Source of the DNA: Balanoglossus misakiensis
Lineage: Eukaryota > Animalia > Hemichordata
Length of the DNA stretch: 64,000 nucleotides
Assembly (NCBI GenBank): GCA_040954595.2
Contig: CM082582.2
Span: forward strand, 1,302,001-1,366,000
Reading direction: 5' to 3'
Shown here piece by piece: positions 40,594 through 52,859 of this stretch. Under the pieces are notes generated by a model. It was not told where the DNA came from. It did not search any database and saw nothing but the letters and a program-made list of their open reading frames with translations. Each line of letters starts with the position of its first letter. Within the stretch, counting starts at the first letter, position 1. A program made the translations under genes and the position numbers.

Positions 40594-43500
40594 GTAAGCA
40601 CAACTTGCTGTATACATGCTCCATAGCTTGTTTGTAAAGGCTACCTTTTCCCATCAAATAGTGAAGTCGCCCTTTCAAAATTATGGTGGTGGTAAGCCAC
40701 AACTGGTTATCATGGAGAGCCCCATATAAACTTACCAGCCCACGCTAGCCATGACTTTACAAATGTTTCCGTCATACTATGCAGAAAATTCTGGCTGCCT
40801 TAAATAGGTTTTCACTTTGCGCTAGGGGGTCAAATCACATTGCATTCTGGGCGAAAACCCACTGTAGTAAGAGGTGGAAGAAATGATACATTTTGTGTAT
40901 TTCATGCTTTGGTCAAACATGTCTGTCTCCGTAGTTAGCATATTAAACTCATTAAATGTTTTTCACATTTTGTTATTTTGTCTGTTATGACCCATTATCA
41001 CTTTAGCTTTAGCTTAGGCTCCATTCACAAACACCTCTGGATGGGGGGGGGGGGGGGGGGAAATTCAATTTTTTTACTGCTAATTTTCACATGCCCCCCC
41101 CACTGTACACAACCCGAAATATTTTCAAATCCCCCACCCCCTTCTGAACTGCCAAAATTTTAAAATCCCCCCCCCCCATTTTCTTTCACAGAGCAAAACA
41201 CATCACTTATCTATCTTGTAAAAAAGAAAAACAGCGCTCCCATGAAAAGACTTTGAAACTGATGTTTCCCCTCATCAGTGGGTATTAAAACTGAACATGG
41301 TTTTTATTTTTTAAGTATTTGTATTCTGTGTTGGGAGACATTGTAAACCGGGAATTGAAGGGGGTGGGTGTGGGAAGGGGTGTCCCCCTCCCACGTAAGA
41401 AAATTTTATAAAATACAGAGCTCAAAGCTGCATTTTTATGAACCCGGCAAAAGCAAATTAACTCAACTACCAGTATGTTGGGGAGGATAAATTTAACCGT
41501 CGCCGCTCAAAGTTATCATGGGGTGGGGGCAAGTCCCCTGACATGGGACACTAGATAAACCAGTTAATGATTGAAAGGTGTTGATGAAATAGCTACATGC
41601 CTATTGTTAACAAGCAGCTGACTGTACTGAAAGAATGGAAGTGTTGTGTACCTATTTTACATATTCAATATTTGTAATTAGACCATGTCATGTATATCTT
41701 GGGGATTGCTCGATCGCAATGTCTCTGCTGGTACAATGTCCTTTTAACTTGTACAGTAATATGGTAGTGATTGTAAGTTTGTGTACGGCATTTGTAAGTT
41801 ATTTTCAATTTATAATTTTTTTGTAAGTTTCTTCATTCTCAAATTGCTTGCCTAACGTACTGCTTTAAAATTTAAATTTTGGTATGATTTTGAGTAGACT
41901 TTTTGTTTCAAAATTATTTTCGACACTTGACATTTTTGGGTGATATGATTTTACATGGAAAATCTGATTTCCCTGTAATTCGGTTGACAGGATTTTCACA
42001 ATATCTCTAAATCATGAAGTACATGTATCAGAATTGCATCAGGCCCCCAAAATTCTAGTCGCCCTTGGCAAGTAATATTAGCCATTGTTGTCCAAGGACG
42101 TTGAAGGTACAATTGGTTTTTAAACTTACTATGTAGGCATTTTATCAGAATTATTAGGTCCCATTTGGTGCAGGTATATGTATTTATACCATGGGACCTT
42201 ATGGGATCAGTTGCACCTGTATATATGGATGTCTGTATGGATGTTTGTCTGTATGTCTATCAATATCAAACACTTGGAAACCACTGGCATGTGACCTTGA
42301 TATTTAGTGTGGAGATGCAGGCAGGGCATTAAGTGGGAGTTGTCAAAATGAACTTGTCATTGCCAAAATATGCAAATTAGCTGGGAAAGTGTCAAATTCG
42401 TCCAAACTCGGGAACTCGACAACTACTGAGCAAATTGCTTTCAAAATTGAAAATTGGTATTCCTGTAAGTTATGTTAACCTCACACAGTTCTATATGTTG
42501 TGAGCTAATGTGAATTTTCGACTTTTTATGTATTTTTTGTCTCTTTCCACATTATCGGTAGAAAATCTGCTTTTCTGGAATTGATCAGCTGACTTATTTG
42601 AAATTTAGTATGAAGCTTCATAGGTGATCTGAGTTATCATAGTTTTGTAAGGTCCCATTTGCTTTACCATGGGACCTTATGATATCGGTGGATGTATGTA
42701 TGTATGTCTGTATGTCCGTCCACATCACAAACTTGAAAACCGCTGGGCATATGACCTCGATATTTGGTGTGTAGATGCAGGCCAGACTGAAGATTGGAGT
42801 TTGTTCAAATGAAGCTGTCATTGCCAAAAATATGCAAATTAGCTAGGAAAATGTGAAATTGGTCAAAACTCAAACTCAACAACCACTGGTCACATTCATT
42901 TGAAAATCAGTATGCATGTACCTTATGTCTACCTCAAACAGTCCTGTATGTTTTGAGCTAATATTATCGATTTTTAATTTTTTATGCCAAAAATCTTTTA
43001 TGCATTTTTTGTATTATTCCACATTATTGGTAAAGAAATCATCATTTCTTAAAGTTATAGGCCTCATTCTTTGAATTTTAGTATGAAGCTTCTAATGGTT
43101 GTCTGAGTAACCAAAGTTTTGTTCAAATTGTTGAAAAATTTGCATATTTTAATTTTGAGCAATTTTTGCCACTCTTGGTCATTTTTTTTTCTTTAAAACT
43201 GCATGCCAGATTGATTTGGTAGGCATATTCCTAAGGGTAAACTGAGTAAGATGTTGTAAAAATGTTTTAGTATATATTGTGTTATTGGGGAAGGGGGGGG
43301 GGGGGGGTTACTCAAACATTTATAACACCCAGCAACTTTTGGTACTGGCAGGGTTTGTCCTCCAATGATTTCAACATCCTGCTAGGAATACAACCTCTCC
43401 TCAACTTTATAAATATAGGGCATGACATTGCAGGTTTTTTGAGAACACTGTTTAAAATAACCCTCATCAAGCCTGTTAACTTATTTAGACAGACTATTAT

Positions 43501-44744
43501 CCAGAATGAAACGAAACATGGATGCAATAAAAAGATCTTGTGCAATAAAAACCAAGTTGATCATAACAATTATTTGCTAAGTACAACATGTACATCACTA
43601 ATAGAAGTTATGGCTGTAAGCATAAACCTGTTTGTTTTGCTATCTTCACTATTCATATTATCTGACTATATTAATACATTTGCAAGCATACTGTTTCAGA
43701 CATAGCGAATTTGATAAACATCTACAAATATATTTTTACCTGTTGAAGTTATCAAAATCCAGACACTTGACAAAAGGACATTTTTCATCCCCTCTATAGA
43801 TTGATAGTCTAACATAGCAGGCAATCTGTTTTTAACAACTGCAGAAGCCTTCATAAAAAGTTGTTGGCCAGAATGAAAGCTTAGGGGGACGTAGGATTTC
43901 CTACTTTTTAGGTTATTTTTTCTATGGCCCCAAAAAGCTATGACAAAAAATTGATGACCCCCTTGGAATTTATAATTCCCCCCCCCCCTATCATACCCTG
44001 TCCATATTCTTATAAATGTCAATAAATGCCATACAGTCCTGTATGTTTTGTTTTGAGCTAATATTATGAATTTTCTATTTTTATTGTTTTGTATTTTACT
44101 GCTTTATTGGTAAAGAAAAATCTTCCTTTCTGAAAGCCATAGTTTTTGTTCAAATTGCAAATTGTTGTGAAATTGGTATATTTATAATTTTGAGCAATTT
44201 TGTAATTTTTGCTCAGAATGCAGATTCCTAGGGGGGTAACCCAAGTAAGGTGTTGTAAAAGAATTGTTTAAAAAATAAAAATATATTTGTAGATGGTTAT
44301 CAAATTCGCTGTGTCTGAAAGCGCTTGTCAGATTGCTTTGAACTTTGACAGGAATGTTCCTTGTAGTGATTTAAGTAAGATGGTGTACAATTACAGTGAT
44401 TTTTGCATATTTGTGTTTTTGCCACTTTTGAACAAATGTAGTTTTGTTTAACCCCCATCTTACCCTATCCATATTCAAATAAATATGAAAAGAAATTTCT
44501 CACAGATATTATTTACTTTGATAATACTATCATTTGTGCAACAACTAATCAATCAAACAGTCAATAATCATAAATTGGGAGTTCAAAAATATCTATAAGG
44601 GAGATTTAAAACCCCGTTAGCAACAACTGTTTGCCATGTTTTCAGTATTAATGTTTTGTGTAGCTTCTGCAGTTTTTAGGTCCCATATGGTATGTACCAT
44701 GGGCCTTATGGAATCAGTTGCGTCTGTATTTATGTATGGATGTA

Positions 44745-44941
44745 CTGTATTTTCGCGAGTTAAATTTTTCGCGATATCGAGAGAGGCCACTGTTTCGCGA
44801 GTATTAATTTTCGCGTTCTCTTATTTCATTCACTGCATCGTTACTTCAAAAACAATTTACGCGACTTTTTATTTTCACGTTATTTTGGCTCTCGCGTATT
44901 TGGCGAAAATTAATTGCTCGCGAAAATAAAGTGTTTTACAG
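44745..44941. mobile_element. Tc1/mariner-type MITE (TA TSD, CTGTA termini, repeated ttttcgcg motifs)
   Basis: ta|ctgtattttcgcg...cgcgaaaataaagtgttttacag|ta, inserted in a (tgta)n tract. Confidence 0.75.
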
Positions 44942-46638
44942 TATGTCTGTCTGTTTGTATGGATGTATGTCTGTATGTCCGTCCACATCTAAAACTTGAA
45001 AACCGTTGTGCATATCACCTCGATATTTGGTGTGCAGATGCAGGCTGGGCTGTAGATTGGAGTTTGTTAACATGAAAATGTCATTACCAAATATATGCAA
45101 ATTAGCTGGAAAATGTGAAATTGGTCAAAACTCGCAAAATTCAACAACTGCTGGTCAGATTGATTTGGAAATTGGTATGCAAGTACCTTATGCCTACCTC
45201 ATACAGTCCTGTATGTTTTGAGCTAATTTTGATTTTCTATTTTTGATGCATTTGTTTGTATTTTTCAACATTATTGGTAAAAAATCTTCATATGAATCTA
45301 AAATTACCGTCGAATCATCCAGTGTGAGTTAGCACTGTAATTAGCAAAAGTTATAAATCCACAGTTACCCAGCAAATTTGATATAATGCTTCACATAGGT
45401 ATTGGTTTTGAACATCCTTCAGAAAGGGTATGAATATTTTAAAATTTTTACTGTTGCAACCCAGACTAGTTTATTTCTGAATAAACAGAGAAATGACAAC
45501 CGGATAGATTATTCTTCTGTACTAAAGACATATGCAGACACAAGAAATAGTCTGAACATTTTCAGTACATTACTAAAACAGTGTCGGTACATTGTACTAT
45601 AAACTGAGGAAGATTAGTGACTATTGTTTGCCAAAAATGGTCCCAAGTCATTTCTCAAGCATAGCAGAATAGTAGCTTTGAGTAGCAAAGTGTGATGATT
45701 TAAAATGTAAAAAGACAACACCAATCTCTAGCTCTGCTCTCAGCACTGCAAAAGTTATCTGACAGGTAGATAGATGTTCAGTCATCCTATGTCTGTCAAC
45801 ATTTTTCTTTTCTGAAATCACTGGCGCAAGTGCTTTTAAAATTGGTGTGCAGGTTTCTTGGGGTGGCGAAGTAATGTGTGTTCAAATTGTGTTGAATTCT
45901 GCATATTTGTAGTTTGGAACAAGTTTTTTGCTGTTTTTGGAAGAAAAAAGCTAAGCTCGTAGATTACTTTGACTATGCAGGTTTCTAGGTATGACACAAG
46001 TTGTTTCTTCAAAATATGGTGAAATTTGCATATTTGGGGGGAAATTTTCTCTGAAATTTAGTATTGATCTCCCTGAGGTATATGACATAATCTGTAATTT
46101 TGTATTTTGGAGACAGTTGCCTTTTTGTACAAACAAAAAATCTTGTCAGAATATGCATGTCTGATTGCCATGTCCACAGGGGTGATCTACTTTTATTTAC
46201 ATTATAACCGAATCAGTAAAGTTTTCATAATGATCTTTAAAATAGGTACGTCTAATTGTTTTGATCTTTGGTATGAATTGTCCCTTGGTGATCTTAGTCA
46301 ATGCTTTTGAAATTCCGCTGAATATTGCATTATTATTTTGTCTAAGTCTGAAGAGTAGTCATCATCTCTGAAACCCCTTGACCTAAGTCAGGTGTCAAAT
46401 AGTACAATTTGCAGATTTGTTGCATTGGAGATATTGTTGCAGTTTTTGAAATTCAAGATGGCTGCCAATGTCTGTGTTAACTCTATGGAAAAACATTTAT
46501 GTAAATACTTTTCTGAAAACAAGGCGGTGAACATCACATTTTTGTTTACAAACAGTAATAGAAATAGCTATCATTGTTTCTGAAAATCCTAACTTGTAGG
46601 ATTCTTTTTCAATCTCTGGCATCAGCAGAGACAATTAA

Positions 46639-47371
46639 GGTGGCATTGCATGAAAAGTTGTGATTTTTGCCAAATTTTACTTTTTTACATAAATCGGTAG
46701 GCCTAATACTCACCCACATCCTGACTAATACGTCTTGGCGGAAATAGTGCACAATCACCCCCAAATAGCACTTTTCTGAATGAGTTCACAGCTTAACAAA
46801 TAGGTGTCAACAATGCAAATGGCCGTTTTTCTCGGTTTGCATTTTCGCTGCTTTTGACAACTTCGGACTAAAATAGCTTCGCCCTGCATTGGCCGAATTT
46901 GCTCAAATTTTGACAGGGAATTGTGTATGACCCATCCAACAAAACACTAGTTTTGTATGTCGATAAAGTGTCCCTAGCGGGAATAAACTCTGATTCAATA
47001 CAACTCACCGTGAATTTGATCAAATTTTCAGAAAATCTAACTTTCAAACGCTGTTACTCCTCAATGGAAGCAGATAACGCAAAACAAAATTAGCGTTTTT
47101 TTGCACGTGTACTTTAGTTTCGAATGACATATTAAGATGCATGATGCATGGTCAACTTTTTTACCTATTTTAAATTTCATGACATAATATAAAAAAATGG
47201 GTTTTTTCGCCCAAAATCGCCACCATTTCCGGGGATCAATAATATTTGCAACTCAAACAAAAGTTCAAAATCTCAGCTTCCAGAATATATATGGTTTATG
47301 GGGGTTTAAACTTTGTCTTTGATGAGAAATAGGCCTCTGAAAAAGTCTCGACGGTTTCATGCAGTGCCACC
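46639..47371. mobile_element. Non-autonomous DNA transposon, TTAA TSD, GG termini (Kolobok-like)
   Basis: ttaa|ggtggcattgcatgaaa...tttcatgcagtgccacc|ttaa (17-bp TIR, 1 mismatch). Confidence 0.88.
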
Positions 47372-48149
47372 TTAAACAACTCTATAAAAAGTCTTATTGC
47401 TTAGTACTGGCACGAGGTGGTAAAAAGATGTGCAGCTTTTGACTTATTACAGGCTTACACTTTGTTAGTAATATGAGTCCCTATTGGTATTGTGCTGGGT
47501 TTTTAGGAGCTTGGGCCCCATTCCCTGGATATTTTTTACACCTTGCTCTGAAAACCTGCCACACCTATGCTTCTTGAATTTGTCACAGTTGTCCTTGCCA
47601 ATGAGTGTGCACCTTGAAATTCAAATCAGTCATTTGACCTGGCAGCCATATTCAGTTGAAATTGTTAAATAAATGCAAATTAGCTGGGAAAATTTGAAAT
47701 TGGTCAAAACCACTGGTCAGATTGATTTGACAATTGGTATGCAAGTACCTTATGTCAACCACATACAGTCCTGTATTTTGAATAGTTTGAATGTTCTATT
47801 TTTATGCATTTTTTGCCTTTTTCCTCATTTTTGGTAAAACATCTACTTTTCTAAAATTGATGAGACGACTTCTTTGAAATTTAGTATGAAGCTTCATATA
47901 GGTGATATGAGTTATCATACTTTTGTTAAAATGTTGCAAAATTTGCATATTCATAATTTTGGAGCAATTTCGGCCGTTTTTGAATTTTTTTTTTAAACCG
48001 GTTGTTACATTGCTTTGAAATTTGTTAGTCATATTAGGGGTAGCCCAAGTAAGATTTGCATGTATGTTTTTCAAATCAACTTGATGAATTGAATAGTATA
48101 TTTTTGGGATGATTTTTGCCATTTTCGGTCAAAACTCTTCTCAGAACCC

Positions 48150-48777
48150 CCCACAGTACGTGAAATATCCCATGAATCACTCTGGTTTGTACAACCAGAG
48201 ATTACTCGGTCAAACCAGGCAAAGTTCACATGTGTAGAGAAAATTGTAGACCACTAATACAAATTTTGAGAGCATGCTTTAAAGGCGAATCTTATTGTCA
48301 ATTACCATTTCAAATGATAAACAAAATCATGCATTATTGAAAGAGGAGATACAAATTTTATAAAATAAGCAATTGCATAGCCAGCCGATACAAAAAAGTT
48401 TGAAGTAAAACAGGGACACTTGAAACACTTGTTTAATCAAACAAAACGATATTGATTTTTTTCTATAGACAGAACAATGGAAATTTACATGTTAACTTTC
48501 AACAGAGACTGGCCACCTCAGTTAGTCATTGCTTCTTTCCTCCTAAGTGTGACATTTGACGTACATGAATGAATACTTTGATTTCTATGGCTTTTAAATC
48601 TTGATTTTGAAATTTTCACTCTAATTCCTCAACATACTTTTTCTAGATAAATCTTAATACAGTTATATGTACTTCATATCATTGTTAGTATCTAAAACAG
48701 AAAGTAATTAAATGGACAATCTCGATGATACAAATCATGGAGAGTTGTGGGTAAAATATCGTACTGTGCCCCCTTTA
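48150..48777. mobile_element. Probable Kolobok-like element with damaged left end
   Basis: cacagtacg...cgtactgtgcccccttta terminal IR; interrupts Helentron-like sequence. Confidence 0.5.
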
Positions 48778-49204
48778 CCCCCACTGCTTTGAAATTTGAT
48801 TTGAAGGTTTCAGGGTTTGTTCTCATGATAATTTACAGATTGATTTGACAATTGGTATGCAAGTACCTTATGTCAACCACATACAATCCTGTATTTTTTG
48901 AACTAATAGTTTGAATGTTCTATTTTATGCATTTTTTGCCTTTTTCCTCATTTGTGGTAAAAAAATTTAGTATGAAGCTTCATGTAGGTGATATGAGTTA
49001 CAATACTTTAGTTGAAATGTTGCAAAATTTGCATATTGATAATTTTGGAGCAATTTCAGCCTTGTTTAATTAATTTTTTTTCTCTAAAACCGCTTGTTCC
49101 ATTGCTTTAAAATTTGTTAGTCATGTTAGGGGTAGCTCAAGTAAGATTTGCATGTATGTTTTTCAAATCAACTTGATGAATTGAATAGTATATTTTTGGG
49201 GGAT

Positions 49205-49499
49205 CAAATCAAATCAAATCAAAACAAACATTTATAAAGCGCCAGAATCAATAACAATGTTATTTCCAAAGGCGCTGAAAGTATAACATCAGTGTTCGTA
49301 GGCTTTGACAAATAGAAATGTCTTGAGTTTTTGTTTGAAAATGTTGAGACTAGAAGCCTGTTGAATGTCAGATGGCAGAGAATTCCAAAGTTGTGGCGCG
49401 ACAAGGGAAAAGGCACATCCACCATATGTTTTGAGTCTGTACTTTGGTACACACAACTGGTTCCTTGAGCTGGAGCGCAGAGCCCGACTAGGCTTATAT
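49205..49499 (-). mobile_element. 3' end of an L2-clade LINE with (TTTGA)n tail
   Basis: YKPSRALRSS...YGGCAFSLVAPQLWNSLP...FKQKLKTFLF; tail caaatcaaatcaaatc; absent from the paralogous site near 48105. Confidence 0.88.
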
Positions 49500-50243
49500 G
49501 ATTTTTGATTTGATTTGGTTTCAGGGTGATTTCTCATGATGATTTACAAAACCTATGACTGATTACTTTGAAATTTGAGTAGGAAGTTAATTGGATGTGT
49601 TTGTTTAGATAATGGAATCAAATAAAGTTATTCATTCTTCACCTTCATTCTTCACCTCATTTCATTTATTGGCTGGTTTGTCTATTGTATCAGGGAAGAG
49701 TACTTGCCATCCCACCCCACCGATGCAAACTTTGAGTGGCAAAAGTAAAATTTGTCATAACATTGAGTTAATTTGCTTTTGGGCTCACTAAAATGCAACT
49801 TTGAGCTCTGTATTTGTACAAAATTTTCATTAATTGGCTGGTTTGTCTATTGTACCAGGCCAGCATACATAAGATCAAGATGTTTTCGGGGCTGGGGGGG
49901 GGGCATCATATTTTATTGCCTCTCTATGTGTGTGTCTGTCTGTCTGTACTCCTGTGTAGACTTTTTCTAGTGTAATCACTAAATGAGACCACAGTGTCCT
50001 TGACGCTATTTTTTGCGATTTTCAATGACCCTGGGGTAACCTTTGACCAGCTTTCATATATCTTGGTATTCACAGCAGAATACAGCCTTGGCATACCCTG
50101 GTAACCATGGGAACCGTTTGGGCCCAACCAATGGTGCTGGCAGCGTTAATTTTTAAATGATTTCTTCTTGTCGTTTTCTTTATCAATATGATGACTTGAC
50201 CTAATCAGATTATTAAAATAATTTTATTCTTTTTTTACATTAG

Positions 50244-50316
50244 GTTCTTTGGTAACACTGCTGCTGGAGGGAGTGTAATATTTGTAATGACGTCGCCACC
50301 TAATACTGTACTGGAG
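50244..50316 (+). other. Putative exon C1 (73 nt)
   Basis: Acceptor ttctttttttacattag, donor gag|gtatga; paralogous to the exon at 51031. Confidence 0.45.
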
Positions 50317-50940
50317 GTATGAACTTAAACTTGTAACGACGCCGCCACCTAATACTGTACTGGAGAGATGAAGTTAATACTTGTAACGACGCCGCCACCT
50401 AATACTGTACTGGAGAGATGAAGTTAATACTTGTAACGACGCCGCCACCTAATACTGTACTGGAGAGATGAAGTTAATACTTGTAACGACGCCGCCACCT
50501 AATACTGTACTGGAGAGATGAAGTTAATACTTGTAACGACGCCGCCACCTAATACTGTACTGGAGAGATGAAGTTAATACTTGTAACGACGCCGCCACCT
50601 AATACTGTACTGGAGAGATGAAGTTAATACTTGTAACGACGCCGCCACCTAATACTGTACTGGAGAGATGAAGTTAATACTTGTAACGACGCCGCCACCT
50701 AATACTGTACTGGAGGGATGAACTTAAACTTGTAACGACGCCGCCACCTAATACTGTACTGGAGAGATGAAGTTAATACTTGTAACGACGCCGCCACCTA
50801 ATACTGTACTGGAGAGATGAAGTTAATACTTGTAATGACGCCGCCACCTAATACTGTACTGGAGAGATGAACTTAATACTTGTAACGACGCCGCCACCTT
50901 ATACTGTACTGGAGGGATGAACTTAAACCTGTAACGACGC
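50280..50940. repeat. 49-50-bp minisatellite, ~13 copies (cttgtaacgacgccgccacctaatactgtactggagagatgaagttaata)
   Basis: Near-identical tandem units read directly. Confidence 0.97.
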
Positions 50941-51030
50941 CAGATGATGCTCCTGTGACCAGAGGGATGAACGACGCCATAATTTGTTGATCTGATCTAA
51001 TTAATAATATTCATTCTTTTTTTTCAATAG

Positions 51031-51128
51031 GTTCATTGGTATTATCATCGCCGGAGGGAGTCTAATCAATATCTACAACAACGCCGCACCAGATAACAAT
51101 ATCAAAACCAGAGGGATGCTGTCAATAG
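51031..51128 (+). other. Putative exon C2, paralog of C1
   Basis: Acceptor ttcttttttttcaatag; gttc.ttggta...ggagggagt.taat shared with C1; followed by many AATAAA. Confidence 0.4.
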
Positions 51129-51720
51129 GTTAGGCTAATAAAAATGGTTTAATCTGAGGGAATGGTAAAGGGTTGGTGTATGAATATGTTAGGGTAATAA
51201 AAAATGGTATAATCTAACGGAATGGTGAAGGGTTGGTGTATAAACAGGTTAGGCTAATAAAAATGGTATAATCTAATGAAATGGTGAAGGGTTGGTGTAT
51301 GATGACTAATAAGACATTGTGCACAAGGGTACTATAATAAAACTGTCTGCAAGGGTATAATATTATGGTTTCAAGGGTATGATAAGTAATTAAAATACTA
51401 TAAAAACATGAGTAATGCCACGTGGTAAATAAAAACTGTACATGTACAGAGGGTAAATACCGGTATAATATATAAAGGTGTTAACATCAATGGTGTAATA
51501 ATAAAAAAAATGGGTAACACATGGTTTTGGTGGTATAATAATAATAAAATGGTATTAACTTGATGGTATAAACATTATGGGATGTGTATAAACGGTGTTA
51601 ATATTACAAAGGTATAATGATTAGTTGGGGTGTAATAATAAGAAATTTAAAATCATTGGGTAATTTATTAGTGTCAGGTTGGGTAAAATAATTGTTGCTA
51701 TGCATTCGTGTAATAATTGT
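51128..51720. repeat. C-poor low-complexity tract beginning with 3 x ~60-bp tandem units
   Basis: ggttaggctaataaaaatggt..aatc...gaagggttggtgtat x3, then scattered ggtataa/taataa motifs. Confidence 0.75.
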
Positions 51721-51724
51721 CTGC

Positions 51725-51922
51725 GGATTTTTTGCAGCGTTACCTGCGTTCGCGTTCTTCATTGCAGGTCGCTCGTCATGTAATGGAATTTCGCCGTGAG
51801 CCCGTTTGATTCGCCGATGGATTTTTTACAACGTTACCCGCGTTCGCGTTCTTCATCGCAGTTGGATCGTCGTGTAATGGAATTTCGCCGTGTGCCCGTT
51901 TGATTCGCCGATGGATTTTTTG
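51725..51922. repeat. CpG-rich ~94-bp tandem duplication (2+ copies)
   Basis: ggattttt...gcgttcgcgttcttcat.gcag...gtaatggaatttcgccgtg.gcccgtttgattcgccgat repeated. Confidence 0.85.
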
Positions 51923-52625
51923 CTTTCGTCATCGTAATTCCCGCATCAACACGAATCCTCAATCTCGCATAACAACAATACATCAAAATGTACACAGAAA
52001 AATAGGAGTCGGCAAGACAATTCTGGTTAGTTTGAGCCCCAACCTTTTAAAATTCACAACGGGGGAGGGGGCAGTTTTTCCTCATTTTATATTTGGCTCG
52101 AGGTTTTTAACTGTCCCCAGGCGCGTAAAGTTAGTTAGTTTATCACACAGTATGTAATTATCTTGCTTGATTTAAAAAAACACTAAAATTGTATGGGGGA
52201 GCTTCTTGCGATTTGCACTTAAGAAACTGATGGTTTGTACCCATAGATAATATTTAGTATTAAGCACATAATTGCCTGGAAATAAAAATTAACTCAAGGG
52301 TAGAATGCAACAGTTAATTTTGTGCAATATCAACAGGAGCTATTTTGGCACATTATTTCAGTTTGATAAACACTGTCTTTGCTCATTGTTTCATTTCGAC
52401 CACATTATTTCAGTTTGATAAACACTGTTTTTGCTTATTGTTTCATTTCAACCACTTTTGTCACCTTGTTTTAAATTGAATGCAAGCATTGTTTCTGTTT
52501 GACCACTACTTGGGGTAATTGTTCCAAATTGGTATGCAAGATATTTTACATCAGCAGTTAGCCATCTAGCCACACTTTAGCTGCACAGCATATGAAAAAT
52601 AATGAAATTCATGCAAAAAGCAAAA

Positions 52626-52682
52626 AAGTATTATGGGTATAATGCCATTGCAGCATTGGCGGTTCGACTCCGTCGATACTTA
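52626..52682 (+). ncRNA. tRNA-like (mascRNA-like) 57-nt structure, function unproven
   Basis: Acceptor AAGTATT/GATACTT, T-arm GGCGG-TTCGACT-CCGTC, D-like hairpin ATGG-gtataatg-CCAT; no canonical anticodon arm. Confidence 0.35.
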
Positions 52683-52859
52683 CTTTGAAGCATAAGTCTT
52701 CATTATTTTTCATATGTAATAAATAAAACTCTTCCAAATTCATATCTTTCTTTAAGTTTGTGCTTTTGCTTCAGTTAGGGGGCCCACATTTACCAAACCT
52801 GTCTTGCCATCTTTTCACATTTCTTCAAATATGCAGCGCCAGCGGTAGGCAGTATTTGA

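Larger units (their letters stand above)
39222..44445 (+). repeat. Tandem segmental duplication, copy 2 (with its own indels and insertions)
   Basis: Lacks the 33101-33447 MITE; has extra sequence at ~39790-40410, ~41013-41580 and ~43280-44030. Confidence 0.9.
42153..49200 (+). mobile_element. Further copies and fragments of the same Helentron-like family (starts ~42153, 42649, 44675; fragments ~47670-48130 and ~48835-49200)
   Basis: Recurrent aggtcccat..accatggg(a/c)ccttatg hairpin, microsatellite and aatatgcaaattagctggaaaatgtgaaattggtcaaaac core. Confidence 0.6.

Noticed and set aside
50280-50940. CRISPR-like regular repeat
   Set aside because: No unique spacers, no cas genes, eukaryotic context; it is a plain minisatellite
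52626-52682. Canonical tRNA-Gln (alternative fold AATGC-CATTGCA-GCATT, anticodon TTG)
   Set aside because: Too short, lacks U33 and purine 37, and would have no D arm or variable loop; kept only as tRNA-like
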